A DNA stretch of 64,000 nucleotides. It comes from Trichoplax adhaerens. Its lineage: Eukaryota; Animalia; Placozoa. A program made the position numbers and the translations under genes. Where the stretch lies: assembly GCF_000150275.1 (NCBI RefSeq), contig NW_002060954.1, positions 434,001 through 498,000 of the forward strand, given 5' to 3'. Under the pieces are notes generated by a model. The model saw only the letters and a program-made list of their open reading frames with translations. It was not told the origin of the DNA and ran no database searches. Below, piece by piece: positions 28,725 to 42,800 of the stretch (its first letter is position 1; each line of letters begins with the position of its first letter).

Positions 28725-31316
28725 GGTAAACCCTGTAAGAATGAAGGTAAAGCAAAAATCATTTAATGTATAAAATACTGTAAATGAAATAATACTGTGT
28801 GAGAAACAGCAAGTTTTACTATATAAGACTGCTTAGGTGGATAAACCAATATACCGTGGTGTGCACCAAGATGGATAACAGTACGATGTACTCATAAATT
28901 AAGAATGGGAAGTCACTATTACTTTAATGATGATGCAAATTATATTATTATTTACTTTATTAATATCTATGACCTAAACATTTAAAATTTAGGATACAGG
29001 TTTCACTGTTTATTGCATCGCAATTGATATGCACGGTATTGTAAAAAAAATACGTAATTATAATTATAAGGTAAAATTAGATGATTATACTGAAATTAAA
29101 TCTATCTTAAAATCATTAAATATGCCTATATTACATAATTACAGTATAAAGATTTTATACAGTTAATAAATCAATGAATATTTTTTCTTAAATAATTATA
29201 CGCGTATAATTTAAGTTAATCGCATCAGATAACGAAATTATTTAAACTATTAGTAAATCATTTATTCATAGACGTAGAATCTATAAGCAAATTTTACGAA
29301 GCGACAACATTGATGTGCAGTTCAATAAAGTGGCATAAGTCGATGAATGATATACAGTAATAGTATAGTACTACGCTTATTTGAAATAGAAATATTCTGA
29401 TCCTTTACTTAGATATTGATCGCAATAAATTGGGTTTTCAACCCTAAATCTTATTAAAAGCACAACCATCATTGAGTAATTATTCACAACCAATTAATTA
29501 AAGAGTACAGTACAGTATAGTACTATACTGTACAATGTAACGTACGACTATTTAGCTCGTACTTCATACTATCTATAGTACTGCATTGCTGTACGAAAAT
29601 TTATTTGAGAAACAACAGTCTACGATATGAAATAAGTGTAGATGGTAAAATAAGAAAATAAAACTAATCAGTGGTTGCTTAGAATAGTAAGAAATTGAGC
29701 ATCGTTAGCAACGAAATCCTAGACGTACAGTACTTTACCACTTTTCAAAATTTTATTATTGAAAATGTACACAAAATAATGATCGCTAAACGAAATTAAT
29801 ACGAATACTGTACTAGTAATACTTTCGTAACACAGTCAAGGAGGTTTTAGCCTAAATTTTTAAAAACCAAGTTAGGTTTTTATAGATTTTGTTAATATAT
29901 AATACTAAAGAACAACAAGTCGTTTTCGACGTTAGTACAGTACTTAGTATAGGCGATAGACTAGGGTTTAGTACGAACTGCACATAAATAACGTAGTAAT
30001 ATTTTAGTGATAAAATGGTAATGCTAGCTTAGATAGGCGTTTTTTGTCGCTCAACATCACTTTTTCGTACGACAAATGTTGCAGTAACCTTTTACAGAAA
30101 ACAGATTAAAATTAATTTAACCTACATTTATTTTGGAAAATGTTTCCGATTAGATAAAATTTATGAAACGTAATAAATGCTTAAAACATTTAACCTAACC
30201 TATTCCTTCCCTAAATACAGTATTTCTATCAGAACCTTGCTGCCATAACTGATTATAAATTATAATGTTACTACTACCAAAGAAGTAGAAGAGCATTTCA
30301 TTTCCATCAGTATTAATCCTTGGTAATCCTTGATGACAAAATTTTTAGATAGTAGAATGTACTGTATTGTTCGTATTTTACTTCGGCTATTCGGAGGGTC
30401 CGCAACATTTGTGATATTCATAATTGATCTTGACATATATACGTGTAAACGTCTAATTTACGATAGGTATTTCTACAGTTGTCGTTAGTCTTGCTACATA
30501 TGCCAATTCATTCCGTGTTTAGATTGATTAACGTTAACCCGTTTTACTGTCAGGACAATTTAGTAATAATACTGGATATACGGTACGGAACATATCACAA
30601 ATAACAAGGACAAGATTCAGGTTATAACTGTAAATAAATATTATTATTATATTACCGATATACGCCTTACTTCAAGCGTTAAAACTTCTTTAAAATGCAG
30701 CAGATGTCTTGCTGGATAAAATACGTCAATGAGTGGAGATATACATATACTATTTTCGCTTACTACTTCATATTTAAAAGCATAAGTGAAAAATATTAAA
30801 TGACATGATTCAATAATAAATAAATATGCGATGATGAAGAAAGAAAAAATGTACACTACAGTACTATACTATACTATTTTTATTTATATCAGTGACTTCT
30901 GCTACGGACAGTACGGATCATGAAGGTACGGTATTTATTTATTTTATTTTATTTTATTTTATATGCCTGAGCGCATACAGTACAGTACAGTACAGTACCG
31001 CGTATATTGAACCACGATTTCATGGGCGTGGCAAGCCCTATACTGTACAATGTAAATGTACAGTACACCATATAGTACCACACTGTGCGTACTAGTTGGA
31101 AACTGTCCTGTTCAGCCATAGTGTAGCCGTCAATTAGGTCTTTCAATTTTTTAAACTTACATTGAATTTGGCTAAAATTTCTCGAATAATTACAACCATG
31201 AGCAACTGGCACTTTTTATAAAATTTTTACTGCATTATTGAATTTAATTTATTTCTTTGACATTTCGAATACAAACCATCATCAGTCACTGATGCGTGTA
31301 CGGTCGGTTCAAATAG

Positions 31317-31636
31317 TATACTGTACAATGTACAAGTGATGATGAAATAGTGGTCTACTGTACAGTTAGACTACAGTACTACAGTACGGTACAAGATTGA
31401 GTGCCGAGAATCGGTTCATACTGTTACAGTACTGTACACTGAGTGTACAGTACAGTATAGTGTTCAGTCTGTCCGTTATCATACAGTAAACGTCGTACAG
31501 TACAGTACAGTAGAAAGGAGCAGCGGTTTACTGTACAGTACAGTACAAAGCCAAAAATATACTGTACAGCCTTATACAGTACTGTATACTGTACTGTACT
31601 GTACAGTACGTCAAGTAACATATAGTACACTACAGT
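31317..31636. repeat. TACTG/CAGTA tract in the RNF34-THOC5 divergent interval
   Basis: Dense pentamer repeats, with further blocks at 30850-31070 and 31853-32175. Confidence 0.85.
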
Positions 31637-31954
31637 ATTAATCTAGTAACACCTAGAATCTTGGATAATTCCTAGCCAAAGAAAATACGTTTATGTCTGA
31701 TTATAAATTATCATGTAAATCCAGTCGATCATCATTAGTAATTAATTGGCTTTGGGTATATAAGCAATTTTTTCATACTGGAAATTGCAATAACTTTAGG
31801 ATATTAATATATTCGTTGTAGGACTGCTTAAAACGCGGTAGTTTTGTTTTCCGTACAGTGTACACTGTACCGTACTGTACAAGTTCCTGCTCATCGACAG
31901 CACATGAAAGTACAGCTTAAAATTTTAAACTAAAATACTAGTATAGTACTGTAC

Positions 31955-32021
31955 CATGGACTACTAGAAGAAGGCAGGTTTTCTTCTAGCGTACAGTACA
32001 GTAGATTACTAGTAATCCATG
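31955..32021. mobile_element. Short TIR remnant or excision footprint of the same family
   Basis: CATGGACTACTAGAAGAA ggcagg TTTTCTTCTAG [cagta insert] CTAGTAATCCATG. The 7-bp flanks ACTGTAC / ACTGCAT match at 5 of 7. Confidence 0.7.
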
Positions 32022-32318
32022 ACTGCATGCGTACAGTACATTTGTTTTCCAGTACTGGTTTGACTTCTAGATTTTATGTACTGTATGTACTGTACAGTAC
32101 AGTACGGTACTGTACACTATACTGTAGTTGCTTTGATGTATTGTACTGTACAGTATAATAACGTACACTGTACACAGCAAGCATTTCTTCAACAAAAATT
32201 CTCGACAGTTAACCAAGATTACAAATTAAGAAACAGCCGCATTGACTTACAGTAATAATCCTTCAGCATTTTCATCTACAAAAGCGTGAATAATAAATAA
32301 ATTATTCAGCTTTGCAGA

Positions 32319-35300
32319 ATGAAACGGAGAAAGACAATAAAGGGGCAGCAAGCTAATAAAGAATCTTCGCCTGCATCACCTTCCGTGAAGATTAAGAAAA
32401 GCAGCGATGAAGTTATAAAAGCTGACAACGAAGCTCGAGAGAACAAGGATGACGATGAATTAATTTTGCAGGATCTAATCGACGATCCTTCAGTATTTAT
32501 TGATAAATTTAATCAACATTGCGAAGACATCAAACGATCTATGCAGACAATAAAGAAAGTAAAGCTATATTCGGCTGAGAATTCTGTAAGTTCATGGTAG
32601 TATTTTATCGATAAAGGCTCAAAATCGTAAATACGAATTCATACACGTGTTTGCCTTTCGCTCCGTCCCTATTTAATATACAGTACAGTAGGTCAAACGA
32701 GTAATAATTATAATTATAAGTATTGTAAGTCAAATTTTTAATTTGTTTACAATCTTATCGCAGAACACTGAAGTCAAGGAGGGATGATTACTGTCGTATT
32801 TAAAATTAATATCAACCATGAAAATGCAAACACTAGAAATGAGCTTGCGTTACAACGGAAGAAGCATCATTTTACTCTTACTTGCATAGAAACTATTACC
32901 GTAGTTTTCAGCTTATCATTTTACCAGATCGTCTTATTTGATGACTAAATCGCTGTTTGATACTAGACCAGAGAAGTTGCGAAAATAAAACCTCAAGCCT
33001 TAATGTCAATATTGTCCCTACGAGAAATTAATAGAATCTCTCAGATGTTATGCAAAAATGCTAAAGATTCTACGCAAGAGGTAAGAACATCTCGTCGAAA
33101 TTTAACAATCTGATCCATGAGCGATATGTAATCACTTATTTTATGTTCGCAAAGTCTTAGATTATTTATTACTATTTAATATGCATATCATATATCTTCG
33201 ATAATTATTATCACCAATAGGCCAAGCAAAAATGCGAATCAGTCCAACTGCAATTGGAGAATTTACTATATGAGATTGTTCATTTAAAAGAAGAAATCTC
33301 TAAATGTGGACAATTTAAGTAAATGTTCTTCTCTTATTGTTAATACAACTTTTCTTATCATTAGTAGTCAGTACTTTGCAAACAATTTCATTTCACTTAG
33401 GTCGTGTGGCGATGATATAACATTGCTCGAAGTAGAAGAATTTTATCGAGTAGCTCCTGAAAATATATCTTTACCGGTTAGTACGAGTATTACATTGATC
33501 TATTTCGAATATCTATTAAAGCTAGTTTGAAGTTGTTTAGACTTACGTACTTAGATATTATTTTTATGCTATATTTAAGAATAGTGTTACGAACTGTAAA
33601 ATATATATGTGTGGTATTATAAAATTATTGACATGAGCAATCTGCCAATGAAATAAAGATACACTTATGGTCTCCGTTACTTTCAATTTCATAGGAAAGA
33701 ACCCGTCATGATCCGCATCAATTGAAGTTGGCACAGTTACAGTGGGAGTTGCAAGAACGTGAAAAGTAAGCGTCAAGTTGTCAATGCTAGCTGCATTTTA
33801 AAAATGCGATAATAAATTTTAGTTGTCATACTGTAGCAAGTATAGAGTGACATTCTTAATTATTCTGTTACTTGATTTGTACTTCATCTTTTATTGGTTA
33901 TTACTAGATTAGCTGAGAAATGTAGGCTAGCAAAAGAGGAAAAAGATAGATTGATCAAACGAATCGAAGATAAACGGAAACGAATCAGGAATTTAAATCC
34001 CTTGTTAGATAGTGTGCTTACGGTAATTTTTATATACAGCCTTTAGTTGTATTTATATCTTAATTATACAACGTAGACAAGCATTTACAATTTAACCTTT
34101 CATTATAGCGTTACTTATTCCGTTTGCATTTACGTAATATTTTTACTTTGTAAGAGGATATCAAGTTGTAGTTATATCTTACCCACCTTTCTAACTTTAA
34201 TTTGTTTAAACACTATTAGACCTAGCAGTTTAATAATTATAACATTGCTATAAAAATGATTAATTTGATTCTTATTCACAACTCACAAGGCTACACGGCC
34301 GTTACAAGACTATCTATCTTTAAGCATTAGTCAGGTAGACAGTTCTTCCTCTGCACGATATTTACCTAGGTAAAGCGCTGAATAAATAGTATACTTTTAC
34401 TGATAGTTGATGCTAATTGAAAATCAATTTTTTATGTTAGTACTAGGGTTTAAGATCCTATAAACTAAGCTACTAATTTTTTATGTAGACCATTATACTT
34501 CTTATTTGTACAAGCCAACGCATATCAGGAAGCAAATGGTAAGCAAAACTTACTGCTGTTATAACATAAGAGTTCAATGCACGTCATAGCAAATTACTAC
34601 GCTGTTGTATTAAAATAATTTTTTGCTCCTCCTCCTATATCTTTCTATTACCAAACACGTACCAAATACTAACCTATCATGCATGCCTGCTTCCATGCTA
34701 GTATTCTTTCAACACTTGCGTGTCAGTGAAGCATGCTACATTAATCATACTCAACAGCCAACATCAATAAGGGTCTTAGCACTTTGTTGATAGGTTATTG
34801 ATATCGGTTTTGGCTGTACATTTATTAACTCCTTTTGAATTTATTAATCTTGACCCGTTTCTGACTTTGGTTCGATAATAGACTCTGATATAGGTGTAAC
34901 TATTACTGGTGATCTACACAAGGCAAAACAATTTGATCAAAATGTTGTCGAGGAATCTATTCGAAGAGCCTCCAGCTCTCAATCGGTAATAGCTTGTGAT
35001 GTAATGTGGATAGTTCTATATAGCGTAAGATCTATAACTTAGATAATAATTACCAGGGACAGGGAAATAAGAAGAATCTGGAATTAAAGAACCTATTAAC
35101 GCCACACCCATTAAGCGTTTCTCTTAGGTTAAAAGAGTCAGGTTGTTTGACGTCTTTCATCTCGAATTCCAACATTGGTTATTGTAGTATTAGTATCATT
35201 GATTAACCTCTCTTTTTTACTATATCAGATGGAAATTCAATGGCTTTAAGTGTTTATTATTATCCAATCTTAAATATTTGCGCTGTAAAAGGGGTGAAAA

Positions 35301-37680
35301 TTGAAGTGTCATTTAAATTACCAGATGTCTCTAGCGTAAGGTTAGATCAACTAAATAATAATTTTCCTTAATGTAACTGAACAGTATGGTAATATTTTTA
35401 ATGACCTCTCCAGGCAAACAATTGAAGATTCAAGTCTACTATCTTGCCTCTTTCCGGGTGATACTGGTAAAGATACACCGAATGCTACTAATCATCAGCA
35501 ATTGCAAAGCCTAGGGTACCTCGTGGTCATATATATAATTTACTTTGTCAACTATTACTTTGTTCAAATTTATAAGGACTATGTGCACTGTTATTGATAG
35601 ATTGCCGAGTTTCAATCAATTTGTGAAGGAAATTGGTAATCCTTACATATGGGCTCAGTCAATTACGGGATTGCAATTTTTTTCGCTAGAAAAAGAGGTT
35701 ACTTTTTCCCAAAATCTAATAATTAAAACTGTTTTCAAAGTATAGGCGACATCCTTCAGATGGAAAATTCTAATTGCTGCTATACCTTTAATGCCAGCAT
35801 CCTTATATCGTTAAAAATAGTAGCAGTGTACCTCTAATAATAATTTCGACCATTACTGGTCTAATAACTTATCTCAGTTATTGACATAGTATTCCTAAAA
35901 TTGCTACTATTCGAGATGTTTGTTATATTGAATTTCAGCTTCAATCATCTCCTTTGTAATTACCGGGTATTTTGTTTAATATAGCTTTTAGTAATATGTA
36001 TATGCAATTATTTTACAAGCTTCACTTTCATTAATTACTTTATATTCAGTAGACAGATTAACTGATAGATGCACATCGGTGCGTTTTGATACGACTGGAA
36101 TGCTACAAATTTACTATCAAAACTCTAAATTAGAAAATTTGACTTGAATTATTTCTTAGATTCGCTAGAAAAATCGGATACTTTTATATCGATATTAAGA
36201 ACATGTGTATTTGTTTCTACTTCAACTGTTTAGTATTTGAGAATAGATTAACAGTAATTCTTTATATTATTGTGCAACATTACCGTAGTGGTGTTAGAGT
36301 TATAATGATATCTGGAATTATCCATCTATAAAACAGCGCCAAATTAAGTAAAAGTAGATACACACGTAATAGATATGATGTAGGAATACTGTGTATTTTC
36401 TAAATATCCATAATAATCACTGAGCTATTCATCACTCAGGAATTGCCGATGGAACCTGCTGGTGCAGATTTATTGCCGAATGTGGTAAATGCTATTTTGG
36501 CTAGAACGAAATCGAAAGCCAGCTTACTTAAGCAACTGATTGCTTTAGGTCTGTTGTATTATATATATATAATTATTAATATAGTAGAAGTATTGTCATT
36601 GCGACAAGATAATAACTGAACTATAAAAGCAATTGTTAGAAAGCACTAATGTGCTAATGTAAGCACTAACGTCGTACAAAGATTTATTTCTTTATTACTT
36701 TTTCTTAACAGAAAACTTGCAGATGTTTCCTACAAACTCAGATGGAAAACTATTTCCTATTCATACTTATTCGCAGATCAAAGAATTTAAAGTCGGCACC
36801 GACGTAAATATCGAGGTATTGCAAACATACATATTATTAATGAGGGCGTTGTTTTTGTAGTAATTTTTTGTGTAAAGAATGTCACCTTTCATTGTATACT
36901 TTTCAAAAATATAATTTGTAGTCTATTAAGAAGATGTCTGCCATATTAAATAAAAAATTGCAAAGTGGTAACACTACTGCAGTATCTATTAAGTTTTCGT
37001 ACCGCCGAGGTAAATTGGGCCAAATATTGGAAATTAAAAAATTCGCTACAATGAATTGATTTCTTGATGAGCTATATCTAGGATTTAATGCTTCAATAAT
37101 ATAATATTTCTGTAGTAAAGCTATATGCTGTCGTTCTGCTGGAACCTGATTATCCAGTTCACCCACCGTTGACTAATATTACAATTTCCAGTGATCAAAG
37201 GGAATTGACCGCTAATATCAACGCAGATATTAAGGTGAAATTAGAGGAACATGCTTTTATTTCTTAAAGATTGTATCTATCGACATTTAGCGATTGATCG
37301 CGTAGCTTTTGCGATAAATTTTATCTCTTATTAGTGCATCGAAGCGGAAATCAACGTCTTTTATCAAGAATTGCTGGAATATGATTCTGCTGATTTCATG
37401 CTGACTAATATCCTAAAGCGCTTACAAGTAAGAAATAAATTATCTGTAAATTTATCGTTAACAGATTTTAAATTTGATATTGAGTTTTTTACCTCGTTTT
37501 ATTGTGCAGGTTTGTTTTGAAATTTGTATTGAATCAAGATTAAAAGAATTACGCGATAAGCCTGTTACAGATTTGCCTCAGCGAATGATTCTTCAGTCAT
37601 GTAGAGGTCGTGACCGAGTTAAACCGTATAAATACCTCGAGAATCCTGGTTGTTTTACGACTAGGTCAACAGCTTTATAG
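32319..37680 (+). CDS. THOC5: THO complex subunit 5 (FMIP), multi-exon
   Basis: Basic N-terminus, then [78 protein letters not shown], and the C-terminus [11 protein letters not shown]...GCFTTR. Confidence 0.92.
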
Positions 37681-39840
37681 CATTGTACTTTATAAATTAT
37701 ATTAGTTAATATAAACTATCTTTTGTTGATAATACAATTTAACATTATGACTCCTTGGGTGCAAGTGCCACGAGGCTTTCTGTATAAAGAACTATTACTA
37801 GTGTCGATTCTTACTATTGAATCCTTAATAGCAATTTTAGCTGCTTATCAGCATAACAGGCTAGTCTTCCCGGAAGTTTATAATACAATGCGTAAAATTT
37901 AAACTGTGTTAATAAATATAAATTAAGAAAACGTTATTATATAAAGTTAAAATTTGATCTATAGTATATTTTATCCCGTGAAATGTCTCAATTATCACTT
38001 TCTTGTTATGCATAGTTTGAATCATACCTACGGTAGTGACTTACTACAGCACTCTATCGCTGTTCTTTTTCCGTAGCCGTCCATAAGCCTCCGGATTCCG
38101 AGAATTTGGACGTTTATTGCGTTATTGCGTCCTACTGGAGTGCGAAGTAGTGACATGAACAACTGTATAGGTTATAGTGTTTTCTGTATGAAGCTTGAAT
38201 ACTGCAAAAGTTTCAGTGATGTCTCGCTACAGTGTTAGCCTGTAACTGCAGCTGCATTATTGTGCTATACAAAAACAATAATATCGGAGTTGATATTGCT
38301 CTTCCTAACGAGGAGAAATTCTTACGCAGTGCTAAAGGCAGTTACTTCAGTTATGAGCACAAGACTATAGTTTATTTGTAGTTACGCATAAAAGAATACT
38401 GGCAAGAGACAAGAAGTTGTCTAAGTAATCAAACTTAACATAAAGATGTATAACAACGACATAAAAAACGATCACTTCTGCTTTTATCCACATTATAAAT
38501 TAAAAATGACGTACTGCATACTTATTCTGTAAACTGTAACTGTAACTAAATTACAATTACGAACAATAGTAACGAAGGAATCAACTAAAAGTATTGCCTT
38601 ATAATCTTCAATAGTAAACCACTAACTCATACTCGACGTAATCAATGCGTAGCATCGTATAGAAGTTCCATATCAATGTAAATTCCGCATAATTAAATCA
38701 CGAAATTGTCTGCCTTAAAAAATCATAAACCTTTTGCAAAAGCTCTACGTGTTAATTCTATTGTAACTGGCTGCTATCTGTGTAGCAGGTATTCAAATTA
38801 TTGAAATTAATTTCAATTCTAGCACGAAAATAATATACTATACATATTAACTATACATCATTAATTAGACAGAATAACTTTATTACTCAAATTTAATAAG
38901 AACTGATATCGTATCTGTTCGCTATGAGATTCACATTCGACAAAAAAATTAAAATGTTGAACGTAATAATACATTGTGATTAAATTTATTGATAATCTGC
39001 TTATCGATAAGAGTAACAGCTATCAAATCCAAATTAAGATCTGAGGCGATCATAATTAATTGCGTAAGACTGATATCCGATTTAGGGAACCTTATGAGAT
39101 TATGACCAGCATCAATTTTAGCACATACAGCATTTACTTGAAAGCTACTTCGCATGATCATTTTTTATAAGAAATATTTACATATATCATGATTTTAAAG
39201 ATAAGAGTATCTTATTTTGCACGTACTAATACTGTGAATTAATATTTACGTTCCTTCATTATGCTTAAAGGTAAAATATATCTACATGTATTGGCAATCA
39301 ATCAGGCTGCAATCTATCTTAAGTATTAATACTGATTTTTATCTCTGAGCGAAATCAATGCTAATCATCAAGAAATTAACATAAGTAGGTAGCTATAAAG
39401 AGTACACTTTATCAAAAATATACAATGTACAAGAAATTGTAAAATATTTTTAGAGACAAATTTATAGATAACAGTAATATATTTTACAATAATAATAATA
39501 CCAGTCGGTTCAGACGGAGGTATGAACAACTACAGAAGAACTAATTTAGGTATGGAAGCTAGAATATAATGAGATCTCTTACTGCTAAGTCAGTATAAGG
39601 AAAGCAGGAGTTCAGAATTCATATCGTACTAGAGAGATGTAATGCGATAATAGATACCATAAACATATAGCATTGTATCTAAATTAATTATTAGAGATTC
39701 GAAATGTGTTTAAGATTTCAATTTGTGAATGCACATATTATATGATAATCTTATTATTGATTATGCAAATCAAAGTTAATGTGATTTCTAGAGATAAAAA
39801 TACGAAGATTTAATTCTTTACGTTGATGTTAAAAAATTTT

Positions 39841-42800
39841 TCAAAGTCTTGAACTTTGTAATCTATTAATACTTTCCAATAATTGTGGCGCTTCTTCACA
39901 TATTACAGAAAGGATATTGTTAACATAAACTTGTAAAAACTCCTTTTCTCTTTCCTTTCTTTGCAAATCTTTAATTAATTCATTCTAACAATTGTAAAAA
40001 GACAATTTGGTAATTAATTATAATAGATTGGTATTACTAATAGCATTATCTGAATCGAAAAAACTTAACATAATGCAAAAATTACCTTATTTTTATCGTT
40101 TAACGATGTATGATTAGCTGCATCATCTGAATTGGAAAAAAGAAGGCATACTAATATGAAATAGCTAATATACATACCAATGTATACCTAATATCTATAA
40201 ATAGTTACCTTGAACTTGAATGCCTTGCAAGCGTTCTGTTATATCATTGCCCGTCGCATATTTTTGTAATAATCGCAATGCTCTATCACGTTCACCAGTT
40301 AGAGTTGTTAATTGATCGCCCTGAATAATATTTAGAATTGAAGAATCCCAAGAATATAATTTAAATAACACATTTATCTATTATTCTTGTGTTCTAATAA
40401 ATGTTTTAGTAGAATTGTAAAGGGGCCGTATACGAGTATTAACATACAAAAAGTCTTATAGATCTGCAAACTAAGGGCGATCTATTACGGTCACGCTTGT
40501 ACAATTACTGCGATATGATCGAATCAAATATTAACATAAAATATTCTGGAATCTAATTTCTATAACTTTAGCTACTTAATAAGAGATGATTTCACCTTGA
40601 ATAAATAGTGTAAGCCAATATTAGCTTTTTGCTCTGGAATTTAAATTTTTAATAAAAGGGGTTGTAATAGCTAAGATTTATAACCATTGCATCATTCAAG
40701 GCATTCCGAAAATTTTATTACAATGTAAGATTAACCTGTATCTGAAATTAGCTGCGAAATTTTAGAACTATAGAAGCAAGTAGTATTTTATGACTCCAAT
40801 AAAGAATATGGTAAGAAAAATAAGGGGTGCTAGGTGTAACATTATGATCTTATATAGAAGATGCCTAGTATAGTAATATCCTAATATACGAATACTTATC
40901 ATATACCGTTTAAGTACTGTATTGTATTACATTCATAATGTACGACATCATGACTACATATAGACGACATGCTATACATATAAAGACATTATCTCAATCC
41001 CATCTAAAACCTATAAATACCCTTGTACGCTAACTCGTTAGTCAGTTCCTACATTCCTGCTATCTCAAATACCTTATCTATAACAACCATATCATTGTTA
41101 GCCTGTAACTTGTATCTCAATAAAATCCTTTATACCTTCTATCATCGTCTACCTTAAAATACTTTACGCTACTTAAAGAAGATATCATTACACTAGGTTA
41201 CTTATAAAATTAGAGCTCTTAAGGAAAGTTATATAGCAAATTAGCGTAAAATTTAATTTGGGATTAATACAGTCAAGAAAAGGTACATTATAAGAGTAAA
41301 TTAAATAAGATCATGCTACTGTCAGGATCGATTAATCATGGCTTTAACCAACTGATGAGATTATATTCAATATATTTAACGTTAAGAATTTGCTAGATTT
41401 TCAATGCTAGGCATACAATGGCTATGAAATGAGTACTTATGACCCAGCAGGGATAAATTTTTTCGTTGCTAATAATTTAGTATCCAGAAGAATAGATGAT
41501 AATAACAGTAAGTTGCATTAAACAAGGAATAAAATTACCTTAGACTTGTTACTATTTTGCAGTTGCTGAATTTCTTTATCCTTTAGTGCTATGACAGCTT
41601 TTAATTTATCAATTTGTCCCTAAAAATTATAATATAATTTTAAAGAAACGATTCATGTACATAAATCTAATTATCTTAACAATCTTCATAAACAACGATT
41701 TAAAAGTATTATATACCATAAAGATCAAAATATCATGACTATTGTAGCTCAATTTTCTTCACCTGTTTGTCGTCTAATTCTTGAGAATGAATTTGCTGAG
41801 CATTTTCTAAATCGACCTTAGCGTTGGTACTTATTATACTATTTTCTATTGCCAACGCAGCTCTTTTTTGCAAAGCGGTAACTATGTTTCTTAGCTGATT
41901 GATCTAAATGAAGGGTAGACCTTATTCAGTTTCAAAATAATTTTGTTTTATTTCGAAATTAAAATATGCTGACCAACCTCTGCTAAAAGTTTTTCCAGTG
42001 TTGGGGAATCATTCATTTCTTTTTGTAGTTTTTGGATAAAAGCGATATTACTTTGATTAACAGGGATCGTGATTGGCTAAATTCGAAAGAATTATTTCTA
42101 AAATTAATAGCAGTCAGCTTTATAATCATACTGTAATTCCTTAAAAATTTTTCAATTAGATGAGGAATAATAACTACTAAATTTTTCAAAGTTTACTAAA
42201 CAGAATAGTATAGCCTTACCCTTTCTTGACTATTTGCAGGCGGATAATCATTATTTTTACTGCAAATAATAAAAAACGATAAAGCAATCATGATACTTAT
42301 GTAAATATTCTCTGTACAAACCTTAATATCAACTCCACATCTTCCCCACTTGAAGACAAACTAGAAGAAGTGCTACGTAGTTTAGACCTCTTCAAGAGCA
42401 AAACTTGTACATTTTGATGATGAACGGCATGTAAGCATTCCTCTTCATCGAATATGCGATTTCCTAGAATAAAACAAATATTTTAATTATTAAAGTTTCA
42501 TCTTCACTTCAATTTAAGCAATGTAAAAAATTTACCTCCATGAGTCAATTCGACTAAGCACCAGTCTTGTAGATTATCTATATCTACTTTCCGAGATTTA
42601 AGTTGTTGCTGTGTGATTTCTTTCGCTGTCGTAGAAGTTGATACTTCGTAAGTTGTTAACTGATCGCTTGGTTGATCATTCAACATCATTTGCATCTAGT
42701 GATATTCACAAAACGTTTATAATTTACTTTATTCGCGCCATAGACATTATAGCATGTCTAATTTAATTACCAAAAATTTAAAATTTATAGTGTGCTTAAA

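Noticed and set aside
38028-38163. GC-richer patch with a minus-strand frame containing MDGYGKR (amidation-like site)
   Set aside because: It is a single motif with no signal peptide or repeated peptide units, which is insufficient for a neuropeptide precursor or an alternative exon.
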